Shown: positions 1-10,179, counted from the first letter of the stretch. The stretch: 64,000 nt of DNA from an uncultured delta proteobacterium (GCA_963841435.1 CAWJCS010000003.1:1120001-1184000), one strand, 5' to 3'. Program-made: numbers and translations. Notes: generated from the sequence alone by a model not told the origin.

Positions 1-1
1 C

Positions 2-130
2 GGCTTTGCCTGTTACGGACCGGACACGCCCGAAGACGACTTCCCGCCCATCGTCTGCCCGGACGCCGGGTCTCCGGGCAGGAGCGCAGAAGGCTACGAA
101 GCCACCCTGTACTGCTGCGACTTTACCTGA
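2..130 (+). CDS. 3' end of a Cys-rich (probably secreted) protein, truncated by the window edge
   Basis: Frame 2 reads GFACYGPDTPEDDFPPIVCPDAGSPGRSAEGYEATLYCCDFT* with GC-rich codon usage and stops at 128-130. Confidence 0.6.
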   Translation, partial: GFACYGPDTPEDDFPPIVCPDAGSPGRSAEGYEATLYCCDFT

Positions 131-194
131 CGGGTCCAACTCACCACGAGCTTCTTGCTGTCGAGCATCTGCCAACCACTGACGAAAGATCGCC

Positions 195-1775
195 GTGACT
201 CGTACGTTCTTCCTAGTCAAAAGTTCACTCTCCGCCGCACTCGCCATCGTGGCATTGTCGAGCCTCGGTCTCGCTCAAGAGCCAGCTCGAGAGCCCGCAG
301 AGTCAACGCCACCGTCGGATCCTTTCGGTCCCGCGGAGCCGGCAGAGCCACAGCGCGAGCCCGCACCCGCCGACCAAGCCGTGGAACCGACGGCAGCGGA
401 GCCATCGGACGGCCCCGCCTCACCCGCCGAGCCGGCGCCGCCGCCAGCCCTCACGCCGCGGCCGACGCGAGCCGCGGAAACGCCCGCCGTCGAGGCTCCG
501 AGGTCTTGGTTCTACCGAGATCCGATCTCCTTCAAGCTCGGCAAGCGAGTCACGCTCACCTGGTACGGCGAGGTTCAGGCGAACCTCATCTACGACACCA
601 CGCGTAGCTACGGCGACACCATCGGCTCCAGCCTGGTCGCGCGCGAAGACACGTACGAGGGCACCGTGGGCCGCTTTCAGGCTTCCTCTCGCGGCAGCCG
701 TTTCGGCATGGCCGTCGGGGCGACGCCCATCGCGGGCGTGACGCCTTTGGCCGTGCTGGAGGCAGACTTCTCGGGCGACCAGCCGACCTCCAACGTCGGA
801 TCGTCCGAACGCTCGTACTACGACAGCCCGACGCTCCGCCTGCGCCACGCGTACCTCAGCCTCGAGAACGACGCCGTCAACGTGCTCTTCGGACAGACCG
901 ACGACGTGTTCGGCTGGCAAAACACCCCGAGCTCGACCTTCCGTCACACGCAATTTCGACTCTCACGCTCGTTCCTCGCGTCGGCACCCGTGGGCATCGA
1001 CGCGGCCGCGGCCGTGCTGCGCCCCGCGCAGCGTGATTCCCGACTGCCGGACGCCCAAGCGGGACTCAGGTTCACCGTCAACGGGTGGAAGGGCATTTAC
1101 ACGCGGGACGGCATTCCCAGCGCGCGCAAGCTATCGCTCGGCGTGTCCGGCGTCGCGAGGCAGTTCGACGCCGACGCCTTCACGCCACCGCCGACTCAAA
1201 CCTCGAACAAGGTGATCGGGTGGGGCCTCTCCATCGACGCCATGCTGCCGGTGATTCCCGCCCGCGACGAATACGACCGGAGCAACGCCCTCACGATCGC
1301 CGGTTCGTACGTGATGGGCACCGGCACCGGTGATCTGCTGCGCGTCGATGGCGGCGCGAAGTTCCCGCCGCTGCCGAACCCTGCGCGCGCATCCCCTCCC
1401 CCGCAGTACGATGCCAACGTCAACGAAGGCCTCGTCACCTTCGACCGGCTCGGCGTGCTCAACACGATCGACTGGGAGGGCTTCCGCGTCGATGCACAAT
1501 ACTATCTACCGCCGAGCGGACGCGTGAGGCTCGCGGCGATCTTCACCCAGGCCCATTCGAAGAACATGTCCGACCTCTACCCCCAGGGCGGCGAGGAAAT
1601 CGAGCTTTTGACCCACGTGGCGGACCGCGTCCGTTACATCGAGGGCAACGTGTTCTGGGACGTGACGCCCGAGGTGCGCCTCGGGGCGGCCGGGATCTAC
1701 ACGACCGTGAGGTACCTCGACGACGAGCGACCTCAGAACATCCGCGCGAAATTCACCGGGCACTACTTCTTCTAG
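195..1775 (+). CDS. Outer-membrane beta-barrel porin, DcaP-like
   Basis: Signal peptide, Pro/Ala/Glu linker, 'YGEVQANLIYD', 'SRFG', 'LEADFSG' and 'LRLRHAY' motifs, and a terminal aromatic residue (HYFF). Confidence 0.7.
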   Translation: MTRTFFLVKSSLSAALAIVALSSLGLAQEPAREPAESTPPSDPFGPAEPAEPQREPAPADQAVEPTAAEPSDGPASPAEPAPPPALTPRPTRAAETPAVEAPRSWFYRDPISFKLGKRVTLTWYGEVQANLIYDTTRSYGDTIGSSLVAREDTYEGTVGRFQASSRGSRFGMAVGATPIAGVTPLAVLEADFSGDQPTSNVGSSERSYYDSPTLRLRHAYLSLENDAVNVLFGQTDDVFGWQNTPSSTFRHTQFRLSRSFLASAPVGIDAAAAVLRPAQRDSRLPDAQAGLRFTVNGWKGIYTRDGIPSARKLSLGVSGVARQFDADAFTPPPTQTSNKVIGWGLSIDAMLPVIPARDEYDRSNALTIAGSYVMGTGTGDLLRVDGGAKFPPLPNPARASPPPQYDANVNEGLVTFDRLGVLNTIDWEGFRVDAQYYLPPSGRVRLAAIFTQAHSKNMSDLYPQGGEEIELLTHVADRVRYIEGNVFWDVTPEVRLGAAGIYTTVRYLDDERPQNIRAKFTGHYFF

Positions 1776-1799
1776 CCGACGCCCGAAAGGGCCACACCG

Positions 1800-3257
1800 C
1801 TACGCCAGAAGCTCGGTGATCTCGCGGGGGGCGTAGCGGTAGCGCGGGTGGCGGCCGGAGCCCATGCCGGACGAGAGCTGGTACGGCTTGAGGATGGTGT
1901 CGTAGAGGTCGACGACGTTGTAGACCTTGTCGTAAAAGCCGGGGCGGAAGTGGCCGTTGCCCCCCGCTACGGCGTGAAAGACGCCCTCCGGAATGTGACC
2001 GGTCGAGGTGCCGCCGCCCCCGTAGTCGGTGCCGACGATCACCAGCGTGTTGTCGAGCAGGGTCTTGCCGTTCGATTCGAGATAGTTCGGATCGTCGAAC
2101 GAGAGCAGCGCGCTCGCAAGGCTCGTCTGACAGTAGTGCGCGTGCAGGCGGCACTTGTCCCAGCGATTGTTATGAAAATAGGCGTCGTGCGGGCTCGTGC
2201 CCGGCAGGTCCTGCGTGAAATTCACGCTCTGCCCGAGCGCGTTGTACGTGCCGCGCAGGCCGACGTGGCCGCCCGCGCCGACGAACAGCATACTGCCGAA
2301 GCGCAGCACGTCGCAGCGCAGGGCGAGCGCCATCAGCTCGCCCTGAAGCTGGAAGGCGGCCGAGAAATCCTCGTGCTTGATGATGGGCGCGCTGCCGCCC
2401 GAGCCACCCTGGGCAAGATCATAGGGAACGTCGGTTCCGGGGTCCATGACGCTGGTCGGCAGCTTGCAGTTCGCGGACTCCTGCGCGACCGCATCATCGA
2501 CGGCGCTCTCGACGGGCGCCAGCCGCTTCTCGACGTTGCGGATGTTGTCGAGGTGCACGGAGAGCTTGGCTTTCGACTCGGCACCGAGCGGGGAGGCGTC
2601 GCCCGTGTAGTGCTCGTACTCGCCCACGACGGCATCGAGGACGCTCCGCTTCAGGTGACGCTCCGTCACGGCCGCGGGATCTTCGGTGCCGCCCGGGGTG
2701 CCCGGGGTGGTGAAGCCCCCGAACAGCTGCTCGAAGATGCGGGTGGGGCTTCGCTCGGGGCGCTCGCCCGGGCTGCCATCCTGGTTCCAGTGGCGCGTGT
2801 ACTGCGAGACGGAGCCCGTGCGAAACCACATGCCGACGGACTTCGAACCGATCAACGTGGGGACGCCCTGCGGATGGAGCTGCTTTTTCACGAGCTGCTC
2901 GAGGGAAGGTCCAGAAGCTTCGTACTCGCGCTTCTGCGGATCGCCGACGAACACGACGTCACCCACCTTGAAGTGCGGCTCACCGGAGCCGAAATCGTGA
3001 GCTTGCTTGACCTCCAGGTTGGTGAAGAACGCCATCTTGCTTGCGAGCGGCTTGTAGGGCTCGAGCGGCCCGGCAAACTGCTTCGTCGACTCGTCGTGCG
3101 CGACGCCGAGACCGAAGAACAGGGTGATGAGGCGCATGGGAGGCTCGGCCGCCTGGGCACGCGCGGCTCGCGGCCGCATCTCTTCGAGGAAGGGCATCCC
3201 GATGAGCACGCCGCCCGTGCCGTGCAAGAACGTGCGACGCGAGAGAATCTTCCTCAT
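1800..3257 (-). CDS. DUF1552 family protein (Tat-exported)
   Basis: N-terminal 'SRRTFLHGTGG..GMPFLEEM', 'SVLDAV', 'HLDNIRNVEKRL', 'ALRCD' and 'TLLDNTLV'; ATGA overlap with the upstream DUF1592 gene. Confidence 0.85.
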   Translation of the reverse strand: MRKILSRRTFLHGTGGVLIGMPFLEEMRPRAARAQAAEPPMRLITLFFGLGVAHDESTKQFAGPLEPYKPLASKMAFFTNLEVKQAHDFGSGEPHFKVGDVVFVGDPQKREYEASGPSLEQLVKKQLHPQGVPTLIGSKSVGMWFRTGSVSQYTRHWNQDGSPGERPERSPTRIFEQLFGGFTTPGTPGGTEDPAAVTERHLKRSVLDAVVGEYEHYTGDASPLGAESKAKLSVHLDNIRNVEKRLAPVESAVDDAVAQESANCKLPTSVMDPGTDVPYDLAQGGSGGSAPIIKHEDFSAAFQLQGELMALALRCDVLRFGSMLFVGAGGHVGLRGTYNALGQSVNFTQDLPGTSPHDAYFHNNRWDKCRLHAHYCQTSLASALLSFDDPNYLESNGKTLLDNTLVIVGTDYGGGGTSTGHIPEGVFHAVAGGNGHFRPGFYDKVYNVVDLYDTILKPYQLSSGMGSGRHPRYRYAPREITELLA

Positions 3258-5053
3258 GGCTGGGTCCCCGCGGGCTCCGTCAGGATGGTTCGGAAGAGCG
3301 GGCTCTCTGCCACGGCAGAGACCATCGCCGACAGCGTGCTGCCGTTCGCGAGGTACCGCTGGCCGACGCCCTCGGCCTGGAGCCGCGCCAGCTCGTCGCT
3401 GCTGCGCGCGGTGGCGAAGGCGATGAAATGCTCGGTCATGCAGGTCTGCACGACCGGATTGGTTGCCAGAATTCGCATGTAGCTTGCCACGTCGGTGTAC
3501 TGCGGCTCGTCGGACTCACCGGTCGGCACCCAGCCGTCGAGCGGCAGCGGCTTACCGTCCATATCCGTCTCGCCGACATAGCGTCCCGCGCCGTCGAAAC
3601 GCGAGAACCCGAAAGCGAGCGGCTCGAACTGACTGTGACAACCCCAGCATTGGCTGCGCGATCTGCGAATCGCCGAGCGCTCGTGCTCGTTGAGGCCAGT
3701 CGTATCGGCGTTGAAAGCCTCGATGTCGGCCGCGAGGTCGACCGGTACCGCGACCGGGTTCTGACACAAGAGGCGCTCCATCAGGTATTTGCCACGATTG
3801 ACGAACGAGCCCGTCTCGCGGTCACCCATGCCGGCGATGATCCCCGGGTGGGACATCAGCCCGATGCGCTGCGGCAGCCCGGCTACGTCAACGACCTGCA
3901 GACCCGGGCCGGTGGCGCCGAGGCCGAGCAGCTGAGCGACGGTCGAGTTGACGACGAAACGGGTGGTCGTGAAAAGGTCCGCGATGCTGCCGTGCTGGGT
4001 CCAGAAGTGATCCTGGAACGTGGCGATGATGGATTCGTTCAGCGCGGTTCGATCCGCGTCGGTTGCGCCCTCGAAGGAGGCGAAGCGCGCACGACTGAAG
4101 TCGGCCGCAAACCCCTCCGTGAAGCGCTGTGCCTTCGGGTCGGCGAGCATGCGCGCGACTTGAGCGTCGAGGATCTCGGGCCGGACCAGGCTCTGGTCCG
4201 CCGCCGCAGCCAGGAGCGCGTCGTCCGGAACGCTCAGCCAGAGGAACGACGACAATCGCGTCGCAAGCTCGTAGCCGTCCAGGTCGCGCTGCTGGCCGGA
4301 CACGCCCACGGTCTCGCGCTCCATGCGGAACAGGAACTGTGGCACCTGCATGAGCGCCTGGAGGGTCCAGCGGGTGGCCTCCACGAAGTCGAGCTGCTCG
4401 CCGAGCGCGGCGGTGTAAACCGCGAGCATCGCGTCAACCTCGCGCTGCTCGAGAGGTCGACGGAACAGCCGCCGTCCGACGGCCTGGACGATGGCCGTGC
4501 CGCAGGCCGCCGTCGGCTCGGTGCAGGTTCCGAGGCGCTCGGCGAGCGCAGCGATGTCCACGCGTTTGGCAGCAGCTTCTGCGACCTGAAAGTACGCGAG
4601 CGCGTGTTGCTCGACGCTCGTCTGCTTGTCAGCGACGTGCTTGAAAACGCCGTCGCCGGTGTCGTCCGGAATACCACCCGCGGCGGCGTCGAGCTCCGTG
4701 GGCAGCAAGCTCACGCCCAGCGCGTCGAGGACGCTGTTCTGATACTCGACCTTGCTCAGGCGCGCAGCGAGACCAACGCGACTGAACACCACGGGCGCAC
4801 TCGACGTTCCGGCGCTCGCCGGTGCGCCTGCAGACGAGGGAATACCCGCCATTCCGCCGCTCGCCGCGGGAGTCCCGCCCGCAGCGACACCGCCCGCAGC
4901 GACACCACCGCCGACCGACCCGCCCGTTTGGCCGGCGCTACCACCGCTTTGCATGGCCTCCGTTCCCGACGGACCCAACACGTTCCCCGTGCAGGCAGCA
5001 ACGACGGCCCCCGCCAGGATGATCGCCGCTTTGGATGCTCGATGATGGGTCAC
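3254..5053 (-). CDS. DUF1592/DUF1588/DUF1595/DUF1587 multidomain lipoprotein with a CxxCH motif
   Basis: Lipobox VAAC, Gly-rich linker, 'RLSKVEYQNSV', 'RLFRRPL', 'PQFLFRME', 'YELATRLSSFLW..PDDALL', 'CWGCH' and 'FDGAGRY'. Confidence 0.85.
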   Translation of the reverse strand: MTHHRASKAAIILAGAVVAACTGNVLGPSGTEAMQSGGSAGQTGGSVGGGVAAGGVAAGGTPAASGGMAGIPSSAGAPASAGTSSAPVVFSRVGLAARLSKVEYQNSVLDALGVSLLPTELDAAAGGIPDDTGDGVFKHVADKQTSVEQHALAYFQVAEAAAKRVDIAALAERLGTCTEPTAACGTAIVQAVGRRLFRRPLEQREVDAMLAVYTAALGEQLDFVEATRWTLQALMQVPQFLFRMERETVGVSGQQRDLDGYELATRLSSFLWLSVPDDALLAAAADQSLVRPEILDAQVARMLADPKAQRFTEGFAADFSRARFASFEGATDADRTALNESIIATFQDHFWTQHGSIADLFTTTRFVVNSTVAQLLGLGATGPGLQVVDVAGLPQRIGLMSHPGIIAGMGDRETGSFVNRGKYLMERLLCQNPVAVPVDLAADIEAFNADTTGLNEHERSAIRRSRSQCWGCHSQFEPLAFGFSRFDGAGRYVGETDMDGKPLPLDGWVPTGESDEPQYTDVASYMRILATNPVVQTCMTEHFIAFATARSSDELARLQAEGVGQRYLANGSTLSAMVSAVAESPLFRTILTEPAGTQP

Positions 5054-5398
5054 GCTAATTGTCCCGCCAGCTCGGGACCATTGTCGGGACTCGCCGCTCG
5101 AATGTACAGTCCCGAGATCCTCAATTCGACTTACGACTGATATGCGATCTCTCGCTACGCGTTTGCACTCGCTGCGCTCGAACGCTGGCTACTTTCGTAC
5201 GCTCGTGGTCTCTCCGACCGCGCGCCACTCTTGAGAGTTGAGTCGACCCGGAAAAGGCACGACGGAAAATCCAAGTATGGAAAGATCGCGGCACCGATTC
5301 CGAATTCGCAACGACGCAGACAGAGCGCGTTCGGCCGAACGAGATGAAGGTCGCCTCTTCTCGAGCTCCGACCCGGGACGAGCCCCCGCGAGCGCGAC

Positions 5399-6238
5399 TC
5401 AGCCAGAAATTCGCTCGAACGTCACGGCCCCCGCCACGACGCGCACGTCCGCGCCGCCCTCGAGCGCACCCGAAAAGGAGACACCGCTCAGACTGCCGGG
5501 CCAAGCGCTGGCGGGCAGATTCACGAGCAGGACGAGGCCACTCCCGTCCGTTGCGGTCGCCGTGTCACTGAACGTTCCGCTCGCGCCGTACACGACCACC
5601 TCCGCGCTCGGGTCGAGCACGCTCACACCCGCGAGTGGAGCGCCCTGCGCATTCGTCACCTTGAGCACCGCCGACGCGCGCTCCGGGTTGCGCGCCGTCG
5701 GCACCGTCAGCAAGTTGAGGATGATGTCGATCAAGTCCGACTCCACGAGCGTGAAGTCCACGCCGACGCTTCCGTTCTCGTCGGGCTGGGTGGTGTCAAC
5801 CGGGCCGAGCGTCGGCAACGCGATCGAGCCCTGGGGCGGCACGGCGAGCACCCACACTTCCTTGGCCGACAGGACTTGCTCGAGAACGTAGGGGCCGACG
5901 CCGTCGTACCTGGTGGTGACGACAACGCCGGCCTGCCCCTCGGCGCTGATGGTCGTGCCCGGGTCAGTGAGCTTGAGCGCGCTCTGGAAGTCGAAATCGT
6001 TGACCACGAGCAGGTCGCCTTCCAGGGTGACGCCCTCGCCCGCGTTGGCGCCGAGCCCCGCCTCACCGCCGCCGGTGCCCGCGCTGCCACCACTGCCAGG
6101 CAGCCCGACACCGCCGCCGGTCTGGACCCCGCAGCCGACGCACGTCACAGGCGCGCGCTCCGCCGGCTGCGAGCACGCGGGGAGCGCAGCCAACAGCAGC
6201 ACGAGCCATTCTGAAGCGGTCAAGTCCCGTTTGCTCAT
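5399..6238 (-). CDS. Hypothetical lipoprotein (Gly linker, beta-sandwich/carboxypeptidase-regulatory-like C-terminus)
   Basis: ATG at 6238 (MSKRDL...), lipobox LPAC, and 'VTNAQGAPLAGVSV' and 'ATDGSG' segments. Confidence 0.6.
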   Translation of the reverse strand: MSKRDLTASEWLVLLLAALPACSQPAERAPVTCVGCGVQTGGGVGLPGSGGSAGTGGGEAGLGANAGEGVTLEGDLLVVNDFDFQSALKLTDPGTTISAEGQAGVVVTTRYDGVGPYVLEQVLSAKEVWVLAVPPQGSIALPTLGPVDTTQPDENGSVGVDFTLVESDLIDIILNLLTVPTARNPERASAVLKVTNAQGAPLAGVSVLDPSAEVVVYGASGTFSDTATATDGSGLVLLVNLPASAWPGSLSGVSFSGALEGGADVRVVAGAVTFERISG

Positions 6239-6359
6239 CTGGGGCGCCTTTTCCCTCCCAGCGTACGGCGAGCCGGCCACCGGTCGCAAGAAACGTGGAG
6301 GCGCGGGGCCGTTCGCCGCCGTGCTTGCCCGTCCGCGCTGACCCGTTCGGCGTGCCATG

Positions 6360-7355
6360 TTACTTTCCCTCGAGAACGCGCGCGGTGACCTCGGCTACGT
6401 CTCGCGAGAAGAGCTTCGCACCCTGCGCGTCGAGATGCAGATCGTCGGCGAAGAATCGGTCGTCGATCCAGCTCGGCGCGGCGCTGTTCGCGCAGCGCCC
6501 ACCGTGGCGTTCGACCTCACGGCACATCGCCGCGCGGACGACCCCCGCGTTGGGCGCCTGGTTCTGCGCGTTCCTGTAGTCGGCGGGCATCGGCAACTCG
6601 ACGACGAGCGACTCCACGCCGTGCTCCTTGGCGAGCGCGAGCCACGCCAAAAATGCCGGATGAAACGGCACGCGGTCCGGAAAACCGCCGAGCTGCTGCG
6701 CCATCTCAGTTCGCATGCCCTCCGCCAGGGCGCGCATGTCCGCGACCAGACCGAAGCGGTTGCGTTCGCTCGAAGCAGGTTTGCCGATGAGCCGATCCTG
6801 GAAGCGCTGAACGTGGGCCCAGGTGAGCGAGCCATACGACAAAAGTGGCCGTGAGCGCTGAACGAGGAACCGGAAACCGTCGTCGAAGTGGTGCCAGGGA
6901 AAGCCAGGGTAAAGCAGCGCCACGTCGCCCGGCTCTGACCAACCGAGAACGACGACCTGGTTGCCGATGAGCCTTTCGGGAGGCTCGGGCCTGGCGAGAA
7001 TCGAATCCAGCGTCACGCCGAGCAAAAGGAGACGCGGTCGGCGCGCGTACTCCACGAGATAACGCCGGAGGGCCACGTGGTGCGCCGCGATGTCCCCCGC
7101 CCCGATCGCGAGCTGCGCGTGGCACGCCGCGGGGTCGTCGCGCTGCAAGCGCTCGAGCAGCACCTCGGACACCAGCCCTGCCACCATGCGCGAGTCGCCG
7201 AACGTCGCGACGCAGCCTTGCCCGGCCGCGACCGCCGCGACGAGGGACCGTTCGGGAATGAACGTCTTTCGGACACGCCGGCCGTAGCTCACGTCGACCA
7301 CGGCGAGCGCGAGGAGCGCAGTGAGCACGCGGATCCAGAGCTTGGACGAAGCCAT
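6360..7355 (-). CDS. SGNH-like periplasmic acyltransferase (DltD/AlgJ/PatB-type partner)
   Basis: ATG at 7355 overlaps the upstream TGA (TGATG); N-terminal membrane anchor, 'FGDSR' block I and 'FADDLHL' DxxH block V. Confidence 0.75.
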   Translation of the reverse strand: MASSKLWIRVLTALLALAVVDVSYGRRVRKTFIPERSLVAAVAAGQGCVATFGDSRMVAGLVSEVLLERLQRDDPAACHAQLAIGAGDIAAHHVALRRYLVEYARRPRLLLLGVTLDSILARPEPPERLIGNQVVVLGWSEPGDVALLYPGFPWHHFDDGFRFLVQRSRPLLSYGSLTWAHVQRFQDRLIGKPASSERNRFGLVADMRALAEGMRTEMAQQLGGFPDRVPFHPAFLAWLALAKEHGVESLVVELPMPADYRNAQNQAPNAGVVRAAMCREVERHGGRCANSAAPSWIDDRFFADDLHLDAQGAKLFSRDVAEVTARVLEGK

Positions 7356-7531
7356 CAGAAGTCGATGTAGATGAACTTTGCGGCGCGACCCGCAAAGCTC
7401 AGGACGAGCAGGAGCAAGCCCACCCAATAGAGCCCGGTCAGGATCGAAACGACGGGTGACGCAGCGTAGCGCCGGGGCAGCGGGCGCGCGCCGCCGAGCA
7501 TTTCCAGAAGGAGAGCGAGCCTCGCTACCAT
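7355..7531 (-). CDS. Small single-TM peptide with a C-terminal FIYIDF motif (DltX-like acyl shuttle)
   Basis: 58 aa, MVARLALLLEMLGGARPLPRRYAASPVVSILTGLYWVGLLLLVLSFAGRAAKFIYIDF*. Its ATG overlaps the end of the MBOAT gene (ATGGTAG) and its stop overlaps the SGNH ATG. Confidence 0.75.
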   Translation of the reverse strand: MVARLALLLEMLGGARPLPRRYAASPVVSILTGLYWVGLLLLVLSFAGRAAKFIYIDF

Positions 7532-8734
7532 GGGCCGTTCACGACACGCGCCGCCGCCGCCTCGAAATGCCGGAGGTCCATGCAGAAAAGGGCCCAGCCG
7601 AACGTGACCGCCACGAACGTCAGCCCGATCGAGAAAAGCCCCCACGCGCGGCCCGTGGGGCGCCCCGGCCAGTGGCGAAACAGCCGGTGCACGACCAGAC
7701 ACACCCCATGCCAGAGGCCCCACAAAAGGAAGTTGTACGCGGCCCCGTGCCAGAGCCCCGACACCGCGAAGGTGACGAGCAGGTTCACTGCAGCGCGGAA
7801 GTTGCCTCGTCTGGAGCCACCGAGGGGCGCGTAGATGTAGTCGAAGATCCAGCGGCCCAGCGAGATGTGCCAGCGGCGCCAGAATTCGCGGATATTGGGA
7901 CTCGTGTAGGGCCAGGCGAAGTTCTCCGGGACGTGGATGCCGAACAGGTACCCGCTACCGATCGCGACGTCCGAATAGCCAGAGAAGTCGAGGTAGATCT
8001 TCATCCCGTACGCGAGCACCCAGGCGAGCACTTCCGGAGCGGTGGCCGTCGCGACCGCGGGGCCGTTCAGTTGATTCGACCATAGGCCGAAGGTGTCGGC
8101 AAGGACGTGCTTCTTGGCGAGACCCGCCAGAATACGGGTGATGCCACGCGAGAACAGCTCAGGATCGAAGCGTGCGCTCTCGAGTTGCGGCGCGAACTCC
8201 TGATATCGCTTGATGGGCCCCGCGACCATGGTCGGAAAGAAGAAGACGAAGGCAGCATAGCGATCGAGCGGGGGCCGTTCGAGCTTGCCCGCGTACACGT
8301 CGGTGGCGACGTGAATGAACTCGAAGGTGAAGAAGCTGACCCCGAGCGGGACGATCAACTTGGGCAGCGACGGCGTGCGTGCGAGACCGAGCGCCGACGC
8401 GAGATCGGCGAGCGCCTCGGAAGCGAACGAAGAATATTTGAAGACGGCGAGGATCAGAGATCGCTTGCAGGATGCCGAGGATGCACAGCCGCGAGCCACG
8501 CCGGTACCAGCGCGAAACCACGAGCTCCGCGACGAAGATGAGAATCGCGAGCGCACCCCACGCGCCGCCGAAGTAGATCGACCCGTAGTAGGCGAAAAAC
8601 AGAGCGCCGAAGCCAGCCGGAATCCAGGGGCGCAGCGCGCGACCAAAGGGCGCTCGGGTGCGACCCGCCCAGTGGAACGAGAGAACGCTCGGCCCCAAAA
8701 ACAGAAGGAAGAACGAGAATTCGTTGAAGATCAC
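7525..8734 (-). CDS. MBOAT family O-acyltransferase (AlgI/DltB/PatA-like), one frameshift near 8458
   Basis: N-terminal MIFNEFSFFLLF in one frame continues as LILAVFKY in another. Motifs 'PLGVSFFTF', 'FFPTMVAGPI', 'YLDFSGYSD', 'ENFAWPY', 'EFWRRWHISL' and 'SGLWHGA'. Confidence 0.9.
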
Positions 8735-9095
8735 GTCGTCGTCTCACGCCGGAGCCCACCAGGCGCACGAGCCGCGGTGAATCGCGTTCGCTTTCGGGCC
8801 GGAGCAATGCTGCCGGGCGAAGGAGCGTGGGACGTCACCAGGAGGCCGGCCATACCACGGTGCACCCGGATCGTCTCGCTCGGGGTCCGGCCGGCAGGCT
8901 GGATTGCGCCTCGATGAACGACCAAGCAGATGCGACGGCTTCTCGACACTCATACCACCGCCGAGCTGGGTAGAGCGCGGGGGAAAGTGGAGCTTCTCCA
9001 TCTGCCTCTGCCACCTGCACGGTGATGCACTGTGGGACCGGATCGTGAGCGCTCGAGTGCAACCGCAGCGGGCCGCGACGCGCGGTCAGCGGCGA

Positions 9096-9560
9096 TCAGC
9101 TGTCCGTGACGGTCACACGGTCAGTCACGCTCGCTCCCTCGGTGATGCGCAAGAGCTCACTCACCAGGCTTCCGAACACGTCCTTCAGGGTGCTGGTGTT
9201 TCCGAGCGGAAAGGGCGGCGCGAAATCCACGTCCGACGCGAGCGAGGTGCCCCTACGATCTGGTAGCGGAAAGTGCAGCGAGTGGACGGCCCGGGTCCGC
9301 AGGCTGACCGCGAGGTCCGAGGCCGGACGCTCGAGCATCTGTTCGAGCGGCTCGAGCTCTCGACGGAGCGCGACCGCCGGGACCGAGACGGTTCCGCTCG
9401 CGAGCGCTTCCCCCAGCTGGTGAAGGGACTGGAACGCGGCGGATGGCTCGCCTCCTTCGAGGTGATGCTGCACGTTGTCCCGCAGCATGGCGTAGACGAT
9501 CCAGCGTCGCTCGAAGCTGCCGTTCGGTCCTTCGAAGGTGAGGCTCACGCTCGAGAGACT
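9096..9560 (-). CDS. Hypothetical protein (start uncertain)
   Basis: Globular-looking ORF (…FERRWIVYAMLRDNVQHHLEGG…) co-oriented downstream of the USP gene. Confidence 0.55.
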   Translation of the reverse strand, partial: SLSSVSLTFEGPNGSFERRWIVYAMLRDNVQHHLEGGEPSAAFQSLHQLGEALASGTVSVPAVALRRELEPLEQMLERPASDLAVSLRTRAVHSLHFPLPDRRGTSLASDVDFAPPFPLGNTSTLKDVFGSLVSELLRITEGASVTDRVTVTDS

Positions 9561-9603
9561 AGCCTTTCCCCGCACGGGCCGGCAACGAAGCACTGGCCGG
9601 GGC

Positions 9604-10179
9604 TCATGAGACGGCTCGGAGGGGTGGGCGCCGCTGCTTCGCTCGCGGCCGCAACGCGCGAACGCGCGCACCGCGTGTCCATTTACTCGGAACCAAAAGC
9701 ACCGGCCGCGGGCTGGTGCGAGCGATACGCTCGGCGGTGGGCGCGATCACACCTTTTGTGCGCCCCTTGCCGACGACGATCAGGCTGGCATCGATCTCTA
9801 GGGCCGTCTCCAGCACCGTGCCTGCCACGGCGCCCGATTTGACCAGGATGCGGACATCGGCGGCCATGCGCCGCTCCGCGTCGTAGAGCTGTTGCCGTAG
9901 CCGTTGGCCGACGGCGGCGACCTGCTTGTCGAGCAGCTGCTGGTAGGCTTGGCGCTCGGCGCGAGACACCGGCCGATACCAGTGCAGGCGCTTGTCCAAT
10001 GCCTCGACGACGTGCACGACCACCAAGGATGCGCCGGCGGCCCCGGCAAGTCTCAGCGCCGTGCGGAGGGCCGACCCCGACGCCTGGGTCGCGTCCGTCG
10101 CGCAAAGGAAGGTCTCGCGCGTGGGCTGCCGCTTGACCTTGCCGCGGGCAGCGGTGAACGCGGGCTGAGACATGCTCAT
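9604..10179 (-). CDS. Universal stress protein
   Basis: 'LCATDATQAS..AL..A', 'LVVVHV', 'SLIVVGKG' and 'TAERIARTSPRPVLLVP'. Confidence 0.8.
   Translation of the reverse strand: MSMSQPAFTAARGKVKRQPTRETFLCATDATQASGSALRTALRLAGAAGASLVVVHVVEALDKRLHWYRPVSRAERQAYQQLLDKQVAAVGQRLRQQLYDAERRMAADVRILVKSGAVAGTVLETALEIDASLIVVGKGRTKGVIAPTAERIARTSPRPVLLVPSKWTRGARVRALRPRAKQRRPPLRAVS

Noticed and set aside
1848-5140. Long + strand ORFs (544 aa and 570 aa), and similar ones at 10576, 21143, 47281 and 48879
   Set aside because: Antisense shadows of motif-bearing genes, expected in ~70% GC DNA; no recognisable domains.
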